Source of the DNA: Bifidobacterium longum subsp. longum JCM 1217
GTDB taxonomy: Bacteria > Actinomycetota > Actinomycetes > Actinomycetales > Bifidobacteriaceae
Direction: 5' to 3'
NCBI RefSeq assembly: GCF_000196555.1
Contig: NC_015067.1
Coordinates: 1,830,001 to 1,862,000 of the forward strand
DNA: 32,000 bases
Below are positions 7,318 through 18,710 of the stretch, one piece after another. Made by a program: the position numbers and the translations under genes. How positions within the stretch are numbered: the stretch's first letter is position 1; the number at the start of each line of letters is the position of its first letter. The notes beneath the pieces were generated by a model that was not told the DNA's origin, searched no databases, and saw only the letters and a list, made by a program, of their open reading frames with translations.

Positions 7318-8490
7318 TTACCAACGTCCGGCGATAGCAGTCCTGCATACGGGGCAGTGCCCATTGCCACCGTATCCGGCAGATAAACGATTGGCAATGA
7401 TTCGATACCAATCGCGTTCCACGAGCTTGGCCCGGCATTCAGGGTTTGGGCAATACGTGGTATCGCCTTCACGATCATGCACGTTGCCTGTGTACACATA
7501 ATTGAGTCCCTCTTCGAGGGCGATGTCTCGGGCGCGGGTCAGAGTCTCGTGCGGGGTGGGCGGTACGTCCATCATGCGGTAACTGGGGTGGAATGCGGAG
7601 AAGTGCAGCGGCACGTCCGGACCCAAGTGCTCGCGTATCCATGTACATTCAGCATGCAGCTGGGCGTCGTCATCGTTGAATCCAGGGATGAGTAGCGTGG
7701 TGAGCTCCACCCACACGTGTTCGCCTTCTGGTGTGCGTGCCTCGTTGACCGCATAGTCGATGGTCTCGAGCACATCGGCCAGATGAGTGCCGGTCACTTT
7801 CCAATAGAACTCTTCGGTGAAGCCTTTGAGGTCGATGTTGGCGGCGTCCATGGCCGCGTAGAAGTCGGGCCGGGCTTCGGCGCTCATGTATCCGGCAGTC
7901 ACGGCGATGGGATGGATGCCGAGCGCTCGGCAGGCTTCGGCCGTGTCGATGGCATATTCGGCGAACACGATCGGATCGTTATAGGTGAACGCCACCGAAT
8001 CGATGCCCCGGTCGGCCGCGACCTGCGCGATTTTCTCCGGACTGGCTTCCATGCCGAGCCGGTCGAAGCTGCGGGCTTTGGCAATATCCCAGTTTTGGCA
8101 GAATCGGCAACCGGAATTGCAGCCAGCCGTGCCGAAACTCAGCACACTGGAACCGGGGTGGAAGTGGTTGAGCGGCTTCTTTTCCACTGGGTCCACGGCG
8201 AAGCCGGAGCTGCGGCCGTAGGTGTCGGAGACGATGAGTCCGTCGTGGTTTGAGCGGACGAAGCAAAAGCCGCGTTGGCCGGGCTTGAGGACGCAGCGGC
8301 GCGGGCATAGTTCGCAGCGAGCGCGGTTGGTACCGTCGTGGAATTGCGTTTGCCAGCGGGCTATGGCGGGGTTACGAACATCTGTGACTGACGCCGTATG
8401 ACCGCACGATTCCCGATGACCACCCTCCGGCGCTTCGCGCCACCTCTTGCCAGCGGGAGGAGATATGGTTGCTGCGTTAATGCTCGGCAT
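7318..8490 (-). CDS. Radical SAM enzyme of the AmmeMemoRadiSam type (PflA-activase-like fold)
   Basis: CELCPRRCVLKPGQRGFCFVR N-terminal Cys cluster, then the canonical CX3CX2C motif in GCNSGCRFCQNWDI. The C-terminal region has CPNPEC...GHCPVC. The ATG at 8490 has the SD GAGGTG 7 nt upstream and overlaps the upstream gene's stop by 14 nt. There is no other in-frame start before the Cys cluster. Confidence 0.85.
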   Translation of the reverse strand: MPSINAATISPPAGKRWREAPEGGHRESCGHTASVTDVRNPAIARWQTQFHDGTNRARCELCPRRCVLKPGQRGFCFVRSNHDGLIVSDTYGRSSGFAVDPVEKKPLNHFHPGSSVLSFGTAGCNSGCRFCQNWDIAKARSFDRLGMEASPEKIAQVAADRGIDSVAFTYNDPIVFAEYAIDTAEACRALGIHPIAVTAGYMSAEARPDFYAAMDAANIDLKGFTEEFYWKVTGTHLADVLETIDYAVNEARTPEGEHVWVELTTLLIPGFNDDDAQLHAECTWIREHLGPDVPLHFSAFHPSYRMMDVPPTPHETLTRARDIALEEGLNYVYTGNVHDREGDTTYCPNPECRAKLVERDWYRIIANRLSAGYGGNGHCPVCRTAIAGRW

Positions 8491-10267
8491 AGGCGGTCAC
8501 CTCGTAGCGTTGACAGTCGATTTCGCTATCGGTCCAGTCGTAGGAAGGGCGGATACCGGCTTTGGCGAGCAGGTGAGCGACGAAATCGTGCGGATCGGGC
8601 AGCTCATCCCACACTTGTGGCAGGAATGTGGCGCTGCGGCCACGACGGTCGGCGAGAATCAGACCGTCTTTGCCGGGGCGTAATACTTCCTCAAGTTCAG
8701 TGCGCGAACGTACCGGGCGTTCGACGTTGCTGCCGTCCCGTTTGACGGCGTCGGTCTGAGGTCCGGATTGCAGCGATGCCAGAGTCGCGGTCTTCGAGCC
8801 GGTACCGCGCGAATCGGCGTCACAGGAGTTCACTGTAATCGGCTCGGGCTCACCCAAGACGGATACCTCCACGTTGAGCAGCGGGTATTCCGCGGCGGTG
8901 ACCGGGGTGAAACGTGGGTCGCGGGTGGCGGCATCCACTGCGTGCTCGGCCACGTCCTTGCCGAGCGAGCGGTGGGCGACCAGCGAACCAATGCACCCGC
9001 GTAGCCGGCCACCCTCGGTCAGGGTGACGAAACAGGCACCGGGCTCGTTCAGCCATGGGTTTGCGGCAAGAATGGACGCGGTCGAATCAGCGGCGGTCGG
9101 ATGCTCGATATGCAGCCGTTCCCGGATAGCGGCACGGGCAAGTTTCAGCAGCACCTCACCGTGGGATGGCGTACCCGATGTGCCTAAGTCATCTGCACCG
9201 GCTAGAGCATCTGCTTCCGGCTTGGATTCCCACGCGGCAAACGAGACATATCCCACTACCGGCTCGTCGGCGTCTCGCATTGCGGGGCGAGGTTGGCCGG
9301 CGAGCGCCACCACGCCGTCGTCGCCGGAAGTGGAACAGCCGAGCTCGAAGAGCCTCATGTCCTTGCGGCCTTTTAACACATCCAGAAGGCCGTTGATCGG
9401 GTATGCGCCACAGGCCCGGCGAGGGTGAATCGGCAGATGCAAAGCCGCAATGTCCGCAATGGTCTGGTCATCCAACGCGCGGGCGACTTCGTGCGGATGA
9501 TAGTGCGAGAGATCCGAACTAATCACGATGACGGTTTCCGGGCCACCCCACAAAGCACGCAACACATCACCCACCTCTTGTGGCGTGGCATCGCCCGCGT
9601 TCAACGGCACGATAGTGAGGTCTGGGCCGAGCACGGTCTGCAGGAACGGAATCTGCACTTCTACCGCATGTTCTTGTGCGTGGGTTGGGGCATTGACGAT
9701 CATTGCGGGAGCCGGCGCGCCCGGACGGGCATGTGTACCGGAGCGCAATGGCTCATTGACAGACAGGCCCAGAGCCTTACGCTCGGCTGCAATGTCTACC
9801 GGCACAGTGCCCAGCGGCGTTTCAAACGCCGCTGCCGTGGAACAGGCGACGCCTCGCACGGCCACGCGGTGAGTCGGCCCTACGATTACCGCGCGAGTCA
9901 CGCTCCCCCGCCCACGCTCCAAGAGCGCGTAAGCGAGCGCAGCTGCCGTGCCGGAATATATGTATCCGGCGTGCGGCACTATTACCGCCCTCGGCACCCA
10001 CGCTGGAAGTGTGGGCTCCAACTGTTGCAGAAGCTTTCGGCCGTAATCGAGCTGCTGGTTGATTAGCTGTTTGAGCGCGGTGCGGTCAGCCGGATAAAAC
10101 GAACCGGCCACCGCTGACGGACGTATTGCGCCAGTGATTTTGCCGCTGCCGTCTGCCGCGCTTGCTGCATCTGACGCACTAGCCACACTGACCGTATCGA
10201 TTTGCACACCGGCTCGGGCGGCCTCGCGAACCTCATTGTTTCCACGAAATATCTCGGATAGCACCAT
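8477..10267 (-). CDS. Fusion protein: N-terminal Memo-like domain (AmmeMemoRadiSam protein B) plus C-terminal AMMECR1 domain (protein A)
   Basis: Memo motifs: AGSFYPAD, VIVPHAGYIYSG, VGPTHRV, ISSDLSHYH. AMMECR1 motifs: GACFVTL..GRLRGCIGSL, RDPRFTPV, NVEVSVL, SATFLPQVW. The track start (GTG at 10276) is trimmed to the ATG at 10267, which is preceded by AAGAGGTGG. Confidence 0.85.
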   Translation of the reverse strand: MVLSEIFRGNNEVREAARAGVQIDTVSVASASDAASAADGSGKITGAIRPSAVAGSFYPADRTALKQLINQQLDYGRKLLQQLEPTLPAWVPRAVIVPHAGYIYSGTAAALAYALLERGRGSVTRAVIVGPTHRVAVRGVACSTAAAFETPLGTVPVDIAAERKALGLSVNEPLRSGTHARPGAPAPAMIVNAPTHAQEHAVEVQIPFLQTVLGPDLTIVPLNAGDATPQEVGDVLRALWGGPETVIVISSDLSHYHPHEVARALDDQTIADIAALHLPIHPRRACGAYPINGLLDVLKGRKDMRLFELGCSTSGDDGVVALAGQPRPAMRDADEPVVGYVSFAAWESKPEADALAGADDLGTSGTPSHGEVLLKLARAAIRERLHIEHPTAADSTASILAANPWLNEPGACFVTLTEGGRLRGCIGSLVAHRSLGKDVAEHAVDAATRDPRFTPVTAAEYPLLNVEVSVLGEPEPITVNSCDADSRGTGSKTATLASLQSGPQTDAVKRDGSNVERPVRSRTELEEVLRPGKDGLILADRRGRSATFLPQVWDELPDPHDFVAHLLAKAGIRPSYDWTDSEIDCQRYEVTAYAEH

Positions 10268-10316
10268 AACTACCACCTCTTATTCCATGGTAGCTGCTAC
10301 GGAGCGCTTCTAAAGA

Positions 10317-11735
10317 TCAGAACAACGCGTCCTGGGCGAAGTCATCGTCGGGATTGGCACCGAATTCGTCCGGCTCGGCGGGTTTGAACGCGTTTGCACC
10401 TTCATCGGCCAACTGGTCGGAGGCCGCGGCCGAGGCTTCGCGCAGGTCGCCGTCGAGCACCACGGCATCGGGCGAGACGAGGAACATGCGTTCGTTGACG
10501 CCGGCCAAATAGAGGCCGCCCAGCGATTCGACTCGGGACAGCGCCACATATCCCATGCCTGGCGCGAAGGTGCGCTTCAGGTCCATGACCGCACGGTCAA
10601 GCGTCATGCCTTGCGACTTGTGGATGGTGATGCCCCACGCGCAGCGCAACGGCACCTGGAAGACGGAGGCGAGCACGGTGTCGCCGTCCATCATCTCCCA
10701 TGTGGCCTGTTTCATGGTGACGATGTTGCCGTTCTCGAATTCCACGATCGGCCAGCCGCCCTTGTTCTCCTGTGCGAAGCCACGCACGGTGCCGAGCGAG
10801 CCGTTGACGTACTGGCGATCGGTGTCGTTGCGCAGGGCCATGACAGCCGCGCCTTCCTTGAGTATCAATCGCTCGGGGGCCAACATGTTCTTTTTGAGTC
10901 GGTCGACCAGGTTGGCAGGGCCTGCTGTCTCGGCGTGGAACTCGTGTGGATCAAGCATGATCTGGTTCAGGCGCATGTCGTTGAGATTGTCGGCCTGCCG
11001 GTTCACCGGGAACAGGTGGACGGCGACCTGGCCGGGCTCGGGCAGTTTGCCCAGACGAGTGACGAGCACGTCACGGTCGGACTGGGTCACGTCGCCTTCG
11101 CGAATGTCGGTGAGCACGGTCAGCAGTTCGCCGGTATCCTGACGGTGCTGTTCGGTCAGATAGCAGATCACCGGGTTGAGTTCGGGCCATACCAGCGATT
11201 CGGTGATGAAGCCTTCGGGGTTCAAGCCGGCACGGGCATACCGTTCGCGACTGGCGATGAATTCGGGCGTGGGGGCGATGAGGTCGCGGTTGCGCCCGGA
11301 CACCGAAACCGGCGGCAGCTGGAAGAAGTCGCCGGACAAGACAACCTGGATGCCACCGAACGGGCGTGGATCACGGCGTACTTCGCGGCAGACTTGGTCG
11401 ACCATGTCGAACAGCCAAGCGTGCAGCATGGAAACCTCGTCAATGACGAGGATGTCCGTGGCCTGAATCTTGCGTTTGCGCCGGGATTTGATGAGTTTGA
11501 GCAGGCTGGCGCTCAGGGCGGTGGCCACGCCGACGCCGCTCCACGAATGAATGGTTTGGCCGTTGATATGCGTGGAGGCGATGCCTGTGGACGCGGTGAC
11601 TGCTACACTGGCGCCGTCGGCCCGAGCCTGGCGGATGAACTCGTTCAAGACATAGGTCTTACCGGCACCGGGCGCACCGGTCAGGAACACGTTCGCGCCG
11701 GCGTTCAGAATGGCCAGGGCTTCGGTTTGGCGCAT
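10317..11735 (-). CDS. Pif1/RecD-family ATP-dependent DNA helicase
   Basis: Walker A GAPGAGKTY, motif II VIDEVSM, the Pif1-type motif III VLSGDFFQLPPV, and a C-terminal SH3/2B-like region with ITIHKSQGMT and GYVALSRV. The SD GAGAGG lies 5 nt before the ATG. Confidence 0.85.
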   Translation of the reverse strand: MRQTEALAILNAGANVFLTGAPGAGKTYVLNEFIRQARADGASVAVTASTGIASTHINGQTIHSWSGVGVATALSASLLKLIKSRRKRKIQATDILVIDEVSMLHAWLFDMVDQVCREVRRDPRPFGGIQVVLSGDFFQLPPVSVSGRNRDLIAPTPEFIASRERYARAGLNPEGFITESLVWPELNPVICYLTEQHRQDTGELLTVLTDIREGDVTQSDRDVLVTRLGKLPEPGQVAVHLFPVNRQADNLNDMRLNQIMLDPHEFHAETAGPANLVDRLKKNMLAPERLILKEGAAVMALRNDTDRQYVNGSLGTVRGFAQENKGGWPIVEFENGNIVTMKQATWEMMDGDTVLASVFQVPLRCAWGITIHKSQGMTLDRAVMDLKRTFAPGMGYVALSRVESLGGLYLAGVNERMFLVSPDAVVLDGDLREASAAASDQLADEGANAFKPAEPDEFGANPDDDFAQDALF

Positions 11736-11750
11736 ATCAACCTCTCTAGA

Positions 11751-11772
11751 CTCCCCTCAGGGAGGGGAGCCA
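11751..11772. repeat. 22-nt GC-rich hairpin repeat (CTCCCCTCA-NN-GAGGGGAGCCA), copy 1
   Basis: CTCCCCTCAGGGAGGGGAGCCA is 20/22 identical to 23367-23388, and both differences lie in the loop. It sits between the orn stop and the helicase start. Confidence 0.7.
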
Positions 11773-11783
11773 AGTACGGCGGA

Positions 11784-12434
11784 CTACTTATTGAGGATGC
11801 TGGTGGCTACGATGTCGGCGGCGATGGCCTTGGATGCGGCATCGTCCGGGCCGGGGGCGGGAGCCATAAACGCCTTACGGTAGTAGCGCAGCTCGTCCAA
11901 GGACTCGATGATGTCTGCGAGAGCACGATGGCCACCGTTCTTTGGCGGGCGGTTCTCGTACACGGCCGGGTACCAGCGGCGGGCGAGCTCCTTGAATGTG
12001 CTCACATCCACGCTGCGGTAATGCAGGTGGCTCATGAGGTTCGGCATGTAATGGTCGAGGAACTTCTTATCGGAGCCGATGGTGTTGCCGGCCAGCAGCG
12101 GGCGCACGCCTTCCGACGTGAAGCGCAGCACGTATTCGGTGACCTTCTGCTCGGCCTCGGCCAGGCTCAGGCCATTCTCCCACTCGTTGATCAGGCCGGA
12201 ACGGGTGTGCATCTGGCGCACGAAATCGTTCATATGGTTCACGGCCTTCTCGGACGGCTTGATGACGTAATCCACGCCCTCGTCCAGCACATTCAGGTCA
12301 AAGTCAGTGGGCACTACGGACACCTCGACGAGTTCGTCGCCGCCGAAGATATCCAAGCCCGTCATTTCGCAGTCAATCCAAATCAGGCGCGAATCCTTTG
12401 CGCTGTAAGTTTCTGCATCATGGCTGTCGACCAT
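11784..12434 (-). CDS. orn: Oligoribonuclease (DEDDh 3'-5' exoribonuclease)
   Basis: [12 protein letters not shown] (ExoI), [11 protein letters not shown], and [18 protein letters not shown] (ExoIII with His). The SD AAGAGG lies 6 nt before the ATG. Confidence 0.9.
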   Translation of the reverse strand: MVDSHDAETYSAKDSRLIWIDCEMTGLDIFGGDELVEVSVVPTDFDLNVLDEGVDYVIKPSEKAVNHMNDFVRQMHTRSGLINEWENGLSLAEAEQKVTEYVLRFTSEGVRPLLAGNTIGSDKKFLDHYMPNLMSHLHYRSVDVSTFKELARRWYPAVYENRPPKNGGHRALADIIESLDELRYYRKAFMAPAPGPDDAASKAIAADIVATSILNK

Positions 12435-12521
12435 GGTAAGCCTCTTTTCGTCATGTCACCCGTTATTACAAGAACAGTTCAGACTATACCCCAGCGCATA
12501 CAAGCTATCTCGAGCCACATA

Positions 12522-12553
12522 CGCGAAAAGGGCCTGCATAAGCAGACCCTTTT
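12522..12553 (-). terminator. Intrinsic terminator after guaB
   Basis: On the minus strand, GGGUCUGC-UUAU-GCAGGCCC (one G-U pair) is followed by UUUUCGCG. It lies about 50 nt after the guaB stop. Confidence 0.6.
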
Positions 12554-12601
12554 CACAAGGAATCAACCCCTAACTAGCGCAAGCTAGCGGGCATCAACCG
12601 A

Positions 12602-15487
<2,886 letters not shown>

Positions 15488-15491
<4 letters not shown>

Positions 15492-16189
15492 GCGCCGAGT
15501 CCACCGCCGTTGAGGTGGAGGGCCTTGCGAATCACGTTTTGGGCGATGACGCCTTCACGCAGGATCTCGATGCCGTCGCGCGCGTACGGATCGGCTTTGA
15601 CGACGGTGCTGGAGACATGGCCTTGGGTGGGACCGCCGTCCAGATACAGGTCGACTTCGCTGCCGAACGCGTCAACCGCCTCCTGGACGGTCTGCGCGCT
15701 TTCGTCGCCGGAACGGTTGGCGCTGGACGCGGCCAGCGGGCCAGTCGCCTTGAGAATCGCGAGGCACAGCGCCGAATTGGGGATGCGGATGCCTTGCGTG
15801 CCGGGGCGACCATCGGCGGTGTCGGCCAAAGTCTCCAACGTGCAGTCGGGCCGGGCTACGGCAATCGGCGAGAACGCGCCAGGCAGAAACGCCGCCGACA
15901 AACGATTCAGCGGGGACGGCAGGTCGAGACCGAGCTCATCAAGCTGGTCGGTGGATGCGAGCAGTACCTGCAACGCCTTATAGCGCGGGCGACGCTTGAG
16001 CCGGTAGATACGGTCGATAGCGGCCTTATTACGCGGATCGCACGCCACTCCATATACCGTATCCGTTGGAATGACGACCAATCCACCATCCCGGATGACA
16101 CGCGCCGCCTGTGCCAGCGATTCATCCGTGACTTTCAGCGTTGTTCCGCCTTCCACGCTCACGCCACCTCCGTTCGCTTGTGTATTCAC
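15488..16189 (-). CDS. tsaC: L-threonylcarbamoyladenylate synthase (TsaC/YrdC/Sua5 family, short form)
   Basis: VVIPTDTVYGVACDP, LKRRP..KALQVL, RIPNS, and LAASSANRSGDES motifs. The track start at 16189 is a GTG. An alternative GTG at 16162 follows a GGAGG, so the start is uncertain. Confidence 0.85.
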
Positions 16190-16336
16190 AATCTACCATT
16201 GCACCATTGCGCCCCGACTTGCATAGTTCATCATCGCTCGTTTGCCGTACTGCCGTTTTCCGATTCGCCCCACACGCACAGACCGTAGATACAATGAGTC
16301 CATCCATGCTCTTTCGCGAAATTACAGGAGTGTTCA

Positions 16337-17014
16337 ATGAGCGAAATCAATGCTGAATCCACCACCATGCCTCCCGTCGAACTGCGTATGCCGCGCGCCA
16401 GCGAGCGCGAGGAGATGCTCGCCGGCAAACTGTACAATTCGGTAGACCCTGAATTGAATGCCCTGCGCGAGAAGGCCGGCGACCTGTGCGCGCGCTTCAA
16501 CGCCGCGTCGCGTACCGATCATGCCGCCCGTGCCGCGATTCTCGATGAGCTGCTGCCCGGCCACGGTGCCGGCCTTGACGTGATGGGGCCGATTTTCTTC
16601 GACTATGGCTGCAACATCACCATCGGAGAGCGCGTGTTCGCCAACTTCAACTTCACTGTGCTGGATTGTTGCCCGGTGACGATTGGCGACGACGTGCTGT
16701 TCGGCCCGAACGTTTCGCTGCTGCCACCGATGCATCCGTTGCGTTGGCAGGATCGTAACGTGAGGCAGGCACCTGATGGTTCCGCATACGACTGCGAGTA
16801 TGGCAAGCCGATTGTCATCGGCTCGAACTGCTGGTTTGGCGGCAATGTGACGGTAATCGGCGGCGTGACGATCGGCGAGGGTTGCGTGATCGGTGCCGGC
16901 TCGGTGGTGACGCGCGATATTCCGCCGCACACCGTGGCCGTGGGTAATCCGGCCCGTCCGATTCGCGAGATTACGGATAAGGATGCTTCCGCGCTACAGT
17001 ATTACGCGCAGTGA
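16337..17014 (+). CDS. maa: Maltose/galactoside O-acetyltransferase (left-handed beta-helix, hexapeptide repeats)
   Basis: Maa/LacA N-terminal helix (MLAGKLYNSVDPEL..LREKA..LCARFN) and hexapeptide repeats (IGSNCWFGGNVTVIGGVTIGEGCVIGAGSVV). The SD AGGAG lies 6 nt before the ATG. Confidence 0.88.
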   Translation: MSEINAESTTMPPVELRMPRASEREEMLAGKLYNSVDPELNALREKAGDLCARFNAASRTDHAARAAILDELLPGHGAGLDVMGPIFFDYGCNITIGERVFANFNFTVLDCCPVTIGDDVLFGPNVSLLPPMHPLRWQDRNVRQAPDGSAYDCEYGKPIVIGSNCWFGGNVTVIGGVTIGEGCVIGAGSVVTRDIPPHTVAVGNPARPIREITDKDASALQYYAQ

Positions 17015-17021
17015 TATATGA

Positions 17022-17131
17022 ATGCTCCCGCTGGCGAGCTGTCAGCGGAGCTGACTGAGGGTGGTTGCCGGAAATCTCCGATAACCACCCTCAGCCTCAC
17101 TTCGTGAGGTAGCTCCCGCCAGCGGGAGCAT
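17022..17131. repeat. 110-nt nested-hairpin intergenic element: 15-bp perfect terminal inverted repeats enclosing three internal hairpins
   Basis: Outer stem: 17022-17036 ATGCTCCCGCTGGCG pairs with 17117-17131 CGCCAGCGGGAGCAT. Inner hairpins: GTCAGC-GGA-GCTGAC (17041-17055), TGAGGGTGGTT-N16-AACCACCCTCA (17056-17093) and CCTCAC-TTC-GTGAGG (17095-17109). It fills the gap between convergent maa and livF. Confidence 0.8.
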
Positions 17132-17145
17132 AGTAATGTGAGACG

Positions 17146-17850
17146 TCACGCGCCGAGGTACGCCTTGCGCACCTTCTCGTCGTGCAGCAGGTCGGAGGCC
17201 TTGCCCTCCATGGTGATCTTGCCGGTCTCGAGCACGTAGGCGCGATCCGCGATGGACAGGGCCATCTTCGCGTTCTGCTCCACGAGCAGCACGGTGATGC
17301 CACGCTTGCGCAGCGTGACGATGATGTCGAAGATCTCCTTGACCAGCAGCGGGGACAGACCCATCGACGGCTCATCCATGAGGATGGTCTTCGGATGGCT
17401 CATCAGGGCGCGGCCCATGGCCACCATCTGCTGCTCACCGCCGGAAAGCGTGCCGGCCAGCTGGCGGCGACGTTCCTTCAAACGCGGGAAGTAGTCGAAC
17501 ACCATCTCAAGATCCTTACCCAGACTGGACTGGTCTTTGAGACTGAACGCGCCCATCTCTAGGTTCTCCTGCACGCTCATGCGGGTGAACACGTGGCGGC
17601 CTTCCGGCACATGGGCCATGCCCAGCGTGACGATCTTGTTCGCATGCGTTTTGAGCAGATCGTGGCCATCATAGGTAATGCTGCCGGATTTGGCAGGCAC
17701 CAGACCGGTGATGGTGTGCAGGGTGGTGGTCTTGCCGGCGCCGTTGGCTCCGATCAGGGAGACGATCTCGCCGTCGTTCACCTTGAGGCTAATGCCCTTG
17801 ACCGCGTCGATCGCGCCATAGGAAACGCATAGATCCTTGATTTCCAGCAT
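17146..17850 (-). CDS. livF: Branched-chain amino-acid ABC transporter, ATP-binding protein LivF type
   Basis: Walker A GANGAGKTT, signature LSGGEQQM, Walker B ILMDEPS. Its start overlaps the livG stop by 1 nt. Confidence 0.9.
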   Translation of the reverse strand: MLEIKDLCVSYGAIDAVKGISLKVNDGEIVSLIGANGAGKTTTLHTITGLVPAKSGSITYDGHDLLKTHANKIVTLGMAHVPEGRHVFTRMSVQENLEMGAFSLKDQSSLGKDLEMVFDYFPRLKERRRQLAGTLSGGEQQMVAMGRALMSHPKTILMDEPSMGLSPLLVKEIFDIIVTLRKRGITVLLVEQNAKMALSIADRAYVLETGKITMEGKASDLLHDEKVRKAYLGA

Positions 17851-18710
17851 CAGCGCGCTCCTTCCGTCAGTGTCTTGGCAATGCTTGGCTCCGGTTCCGC
17901 CTTGGTGGTGGAATCGCCGTCCGCGTCATCGTTGTTGTCGCTGCCCAAGTAGGCGGAGATGACCTGCGGGTTGTTGGCGATCTCCTCCGGCGTGCCGGAT
18001 GCGATGGTGCGGCCATAGTCCAGCACCTGGATGCGCTGGCATACGCTCATCACCAGGCTCATGTCATGTTCGATGAGCAGGATGGCGATACCGAAACGGT
18101 CGCGGATCGTGTTGATACAGTGCAGCAGATCCTCGGTTTCGGTGGGGTTCATGCCGGCGGCCGGCTCGTCGAGCAGCAGCAGTTTCATGCCGGTGGCCAG
18201 GGCGCGTGCGATCTCGAGCTTGCGCTGCTGGCCGTACGGCAGGTTGGCCGCCTGGGTGGTGGCCAGTCCCTCGAGGTTGAAGATGCGCAGCAAGTCGATG
18301 GCCTTCTCGTGCATCTCGTTCTCCTGCTTCCAGAAGCCCGGGGTGCGGAAGATGGCGCTGCCCATGTGGTAGGTGAACGACTCATCGAAGGCGACGAGCA
18401 CGTTCTCCTCGACGGTGAGCTGCTTGAACAGGCGGATGTTCTGGAAGGTTCGGGCGATGCCGGCACGCACGACCTGATAGGTCTTCTTGCCGTTCATCCG
18501 GGTTCCGTCCAGCCAGAACTCGCCTTCGGTGGGCTTGTACACGCCGGTCAGCAGGTTGAACACCGTGGTCTTGCCGGCGCCGTTGGGGCCGATCAGGCCA
18601 ATGAGTTCGCCCTTGTTGATGGTCATGTTGAAGTTGGACACGGCTTTCAGACCACCGAAGGTGATGCCGAGATGTTCGGCTTTGAGGATGGGCTGGGTTG
18701 CGTCGCTCAT
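17850..18710 (-). CDS. livG: Branched-chain amino-acid ABC transporter, ATP-binding protein LivG type
   Basis: FGGLKAV.NF, Walker A GPNGAGKTT, LPYGQQRKLEIARAL, Walker B LLLDEPAAG. It overlaps livM by 4 nt (ATGA). Confidence 0.9.
   Translation of the reverse strand: MSDATQPILKAEHLGITFGGLKAVSNFNMTINKGELIGLIGPNGAGKTTVFNLLTGVYKPTEGEFWLDGTRMNGKKTYQVVRAGIARTFQNIRLFKQLTVEENVLVAFDESFTYHMGSAIFRTPGFWKQENEMHEKAIDLLRIFNLEGLATTQAANLPYGQQRKLEIARALATGMKLLLLDEPAAGMNPTETEDLLHCINTIRDRFGIAILLIEHDMSLVMSVCQRIQVLDYGRTIASGTPEEIANNPQVISAYLGSDNNDDADGDSTTKAEPEPSIAKTLTEGAR

Noticed and set aside
8350-8457. 11-nt direct repeat TTGCCAGCGGG at 8350-8360 and 8447-8457
   Set aside because: A single 11-mer match within about 100 nt is roughly what chance predicts once across a GC-biased 32-kb window. 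The two copies are read in different frames.
17056-17075. GAGGGTGGTTGCCGG inside the 110-nt element resembles the T-box motif GGGTGGTACCGCG
   Set aside because: It lies downstream of two convergent genes, not in a 5' leader of an aminoacyl-tRNA-related gene. There is no specifier-loop or antiterminator architecture, and the match is partial.
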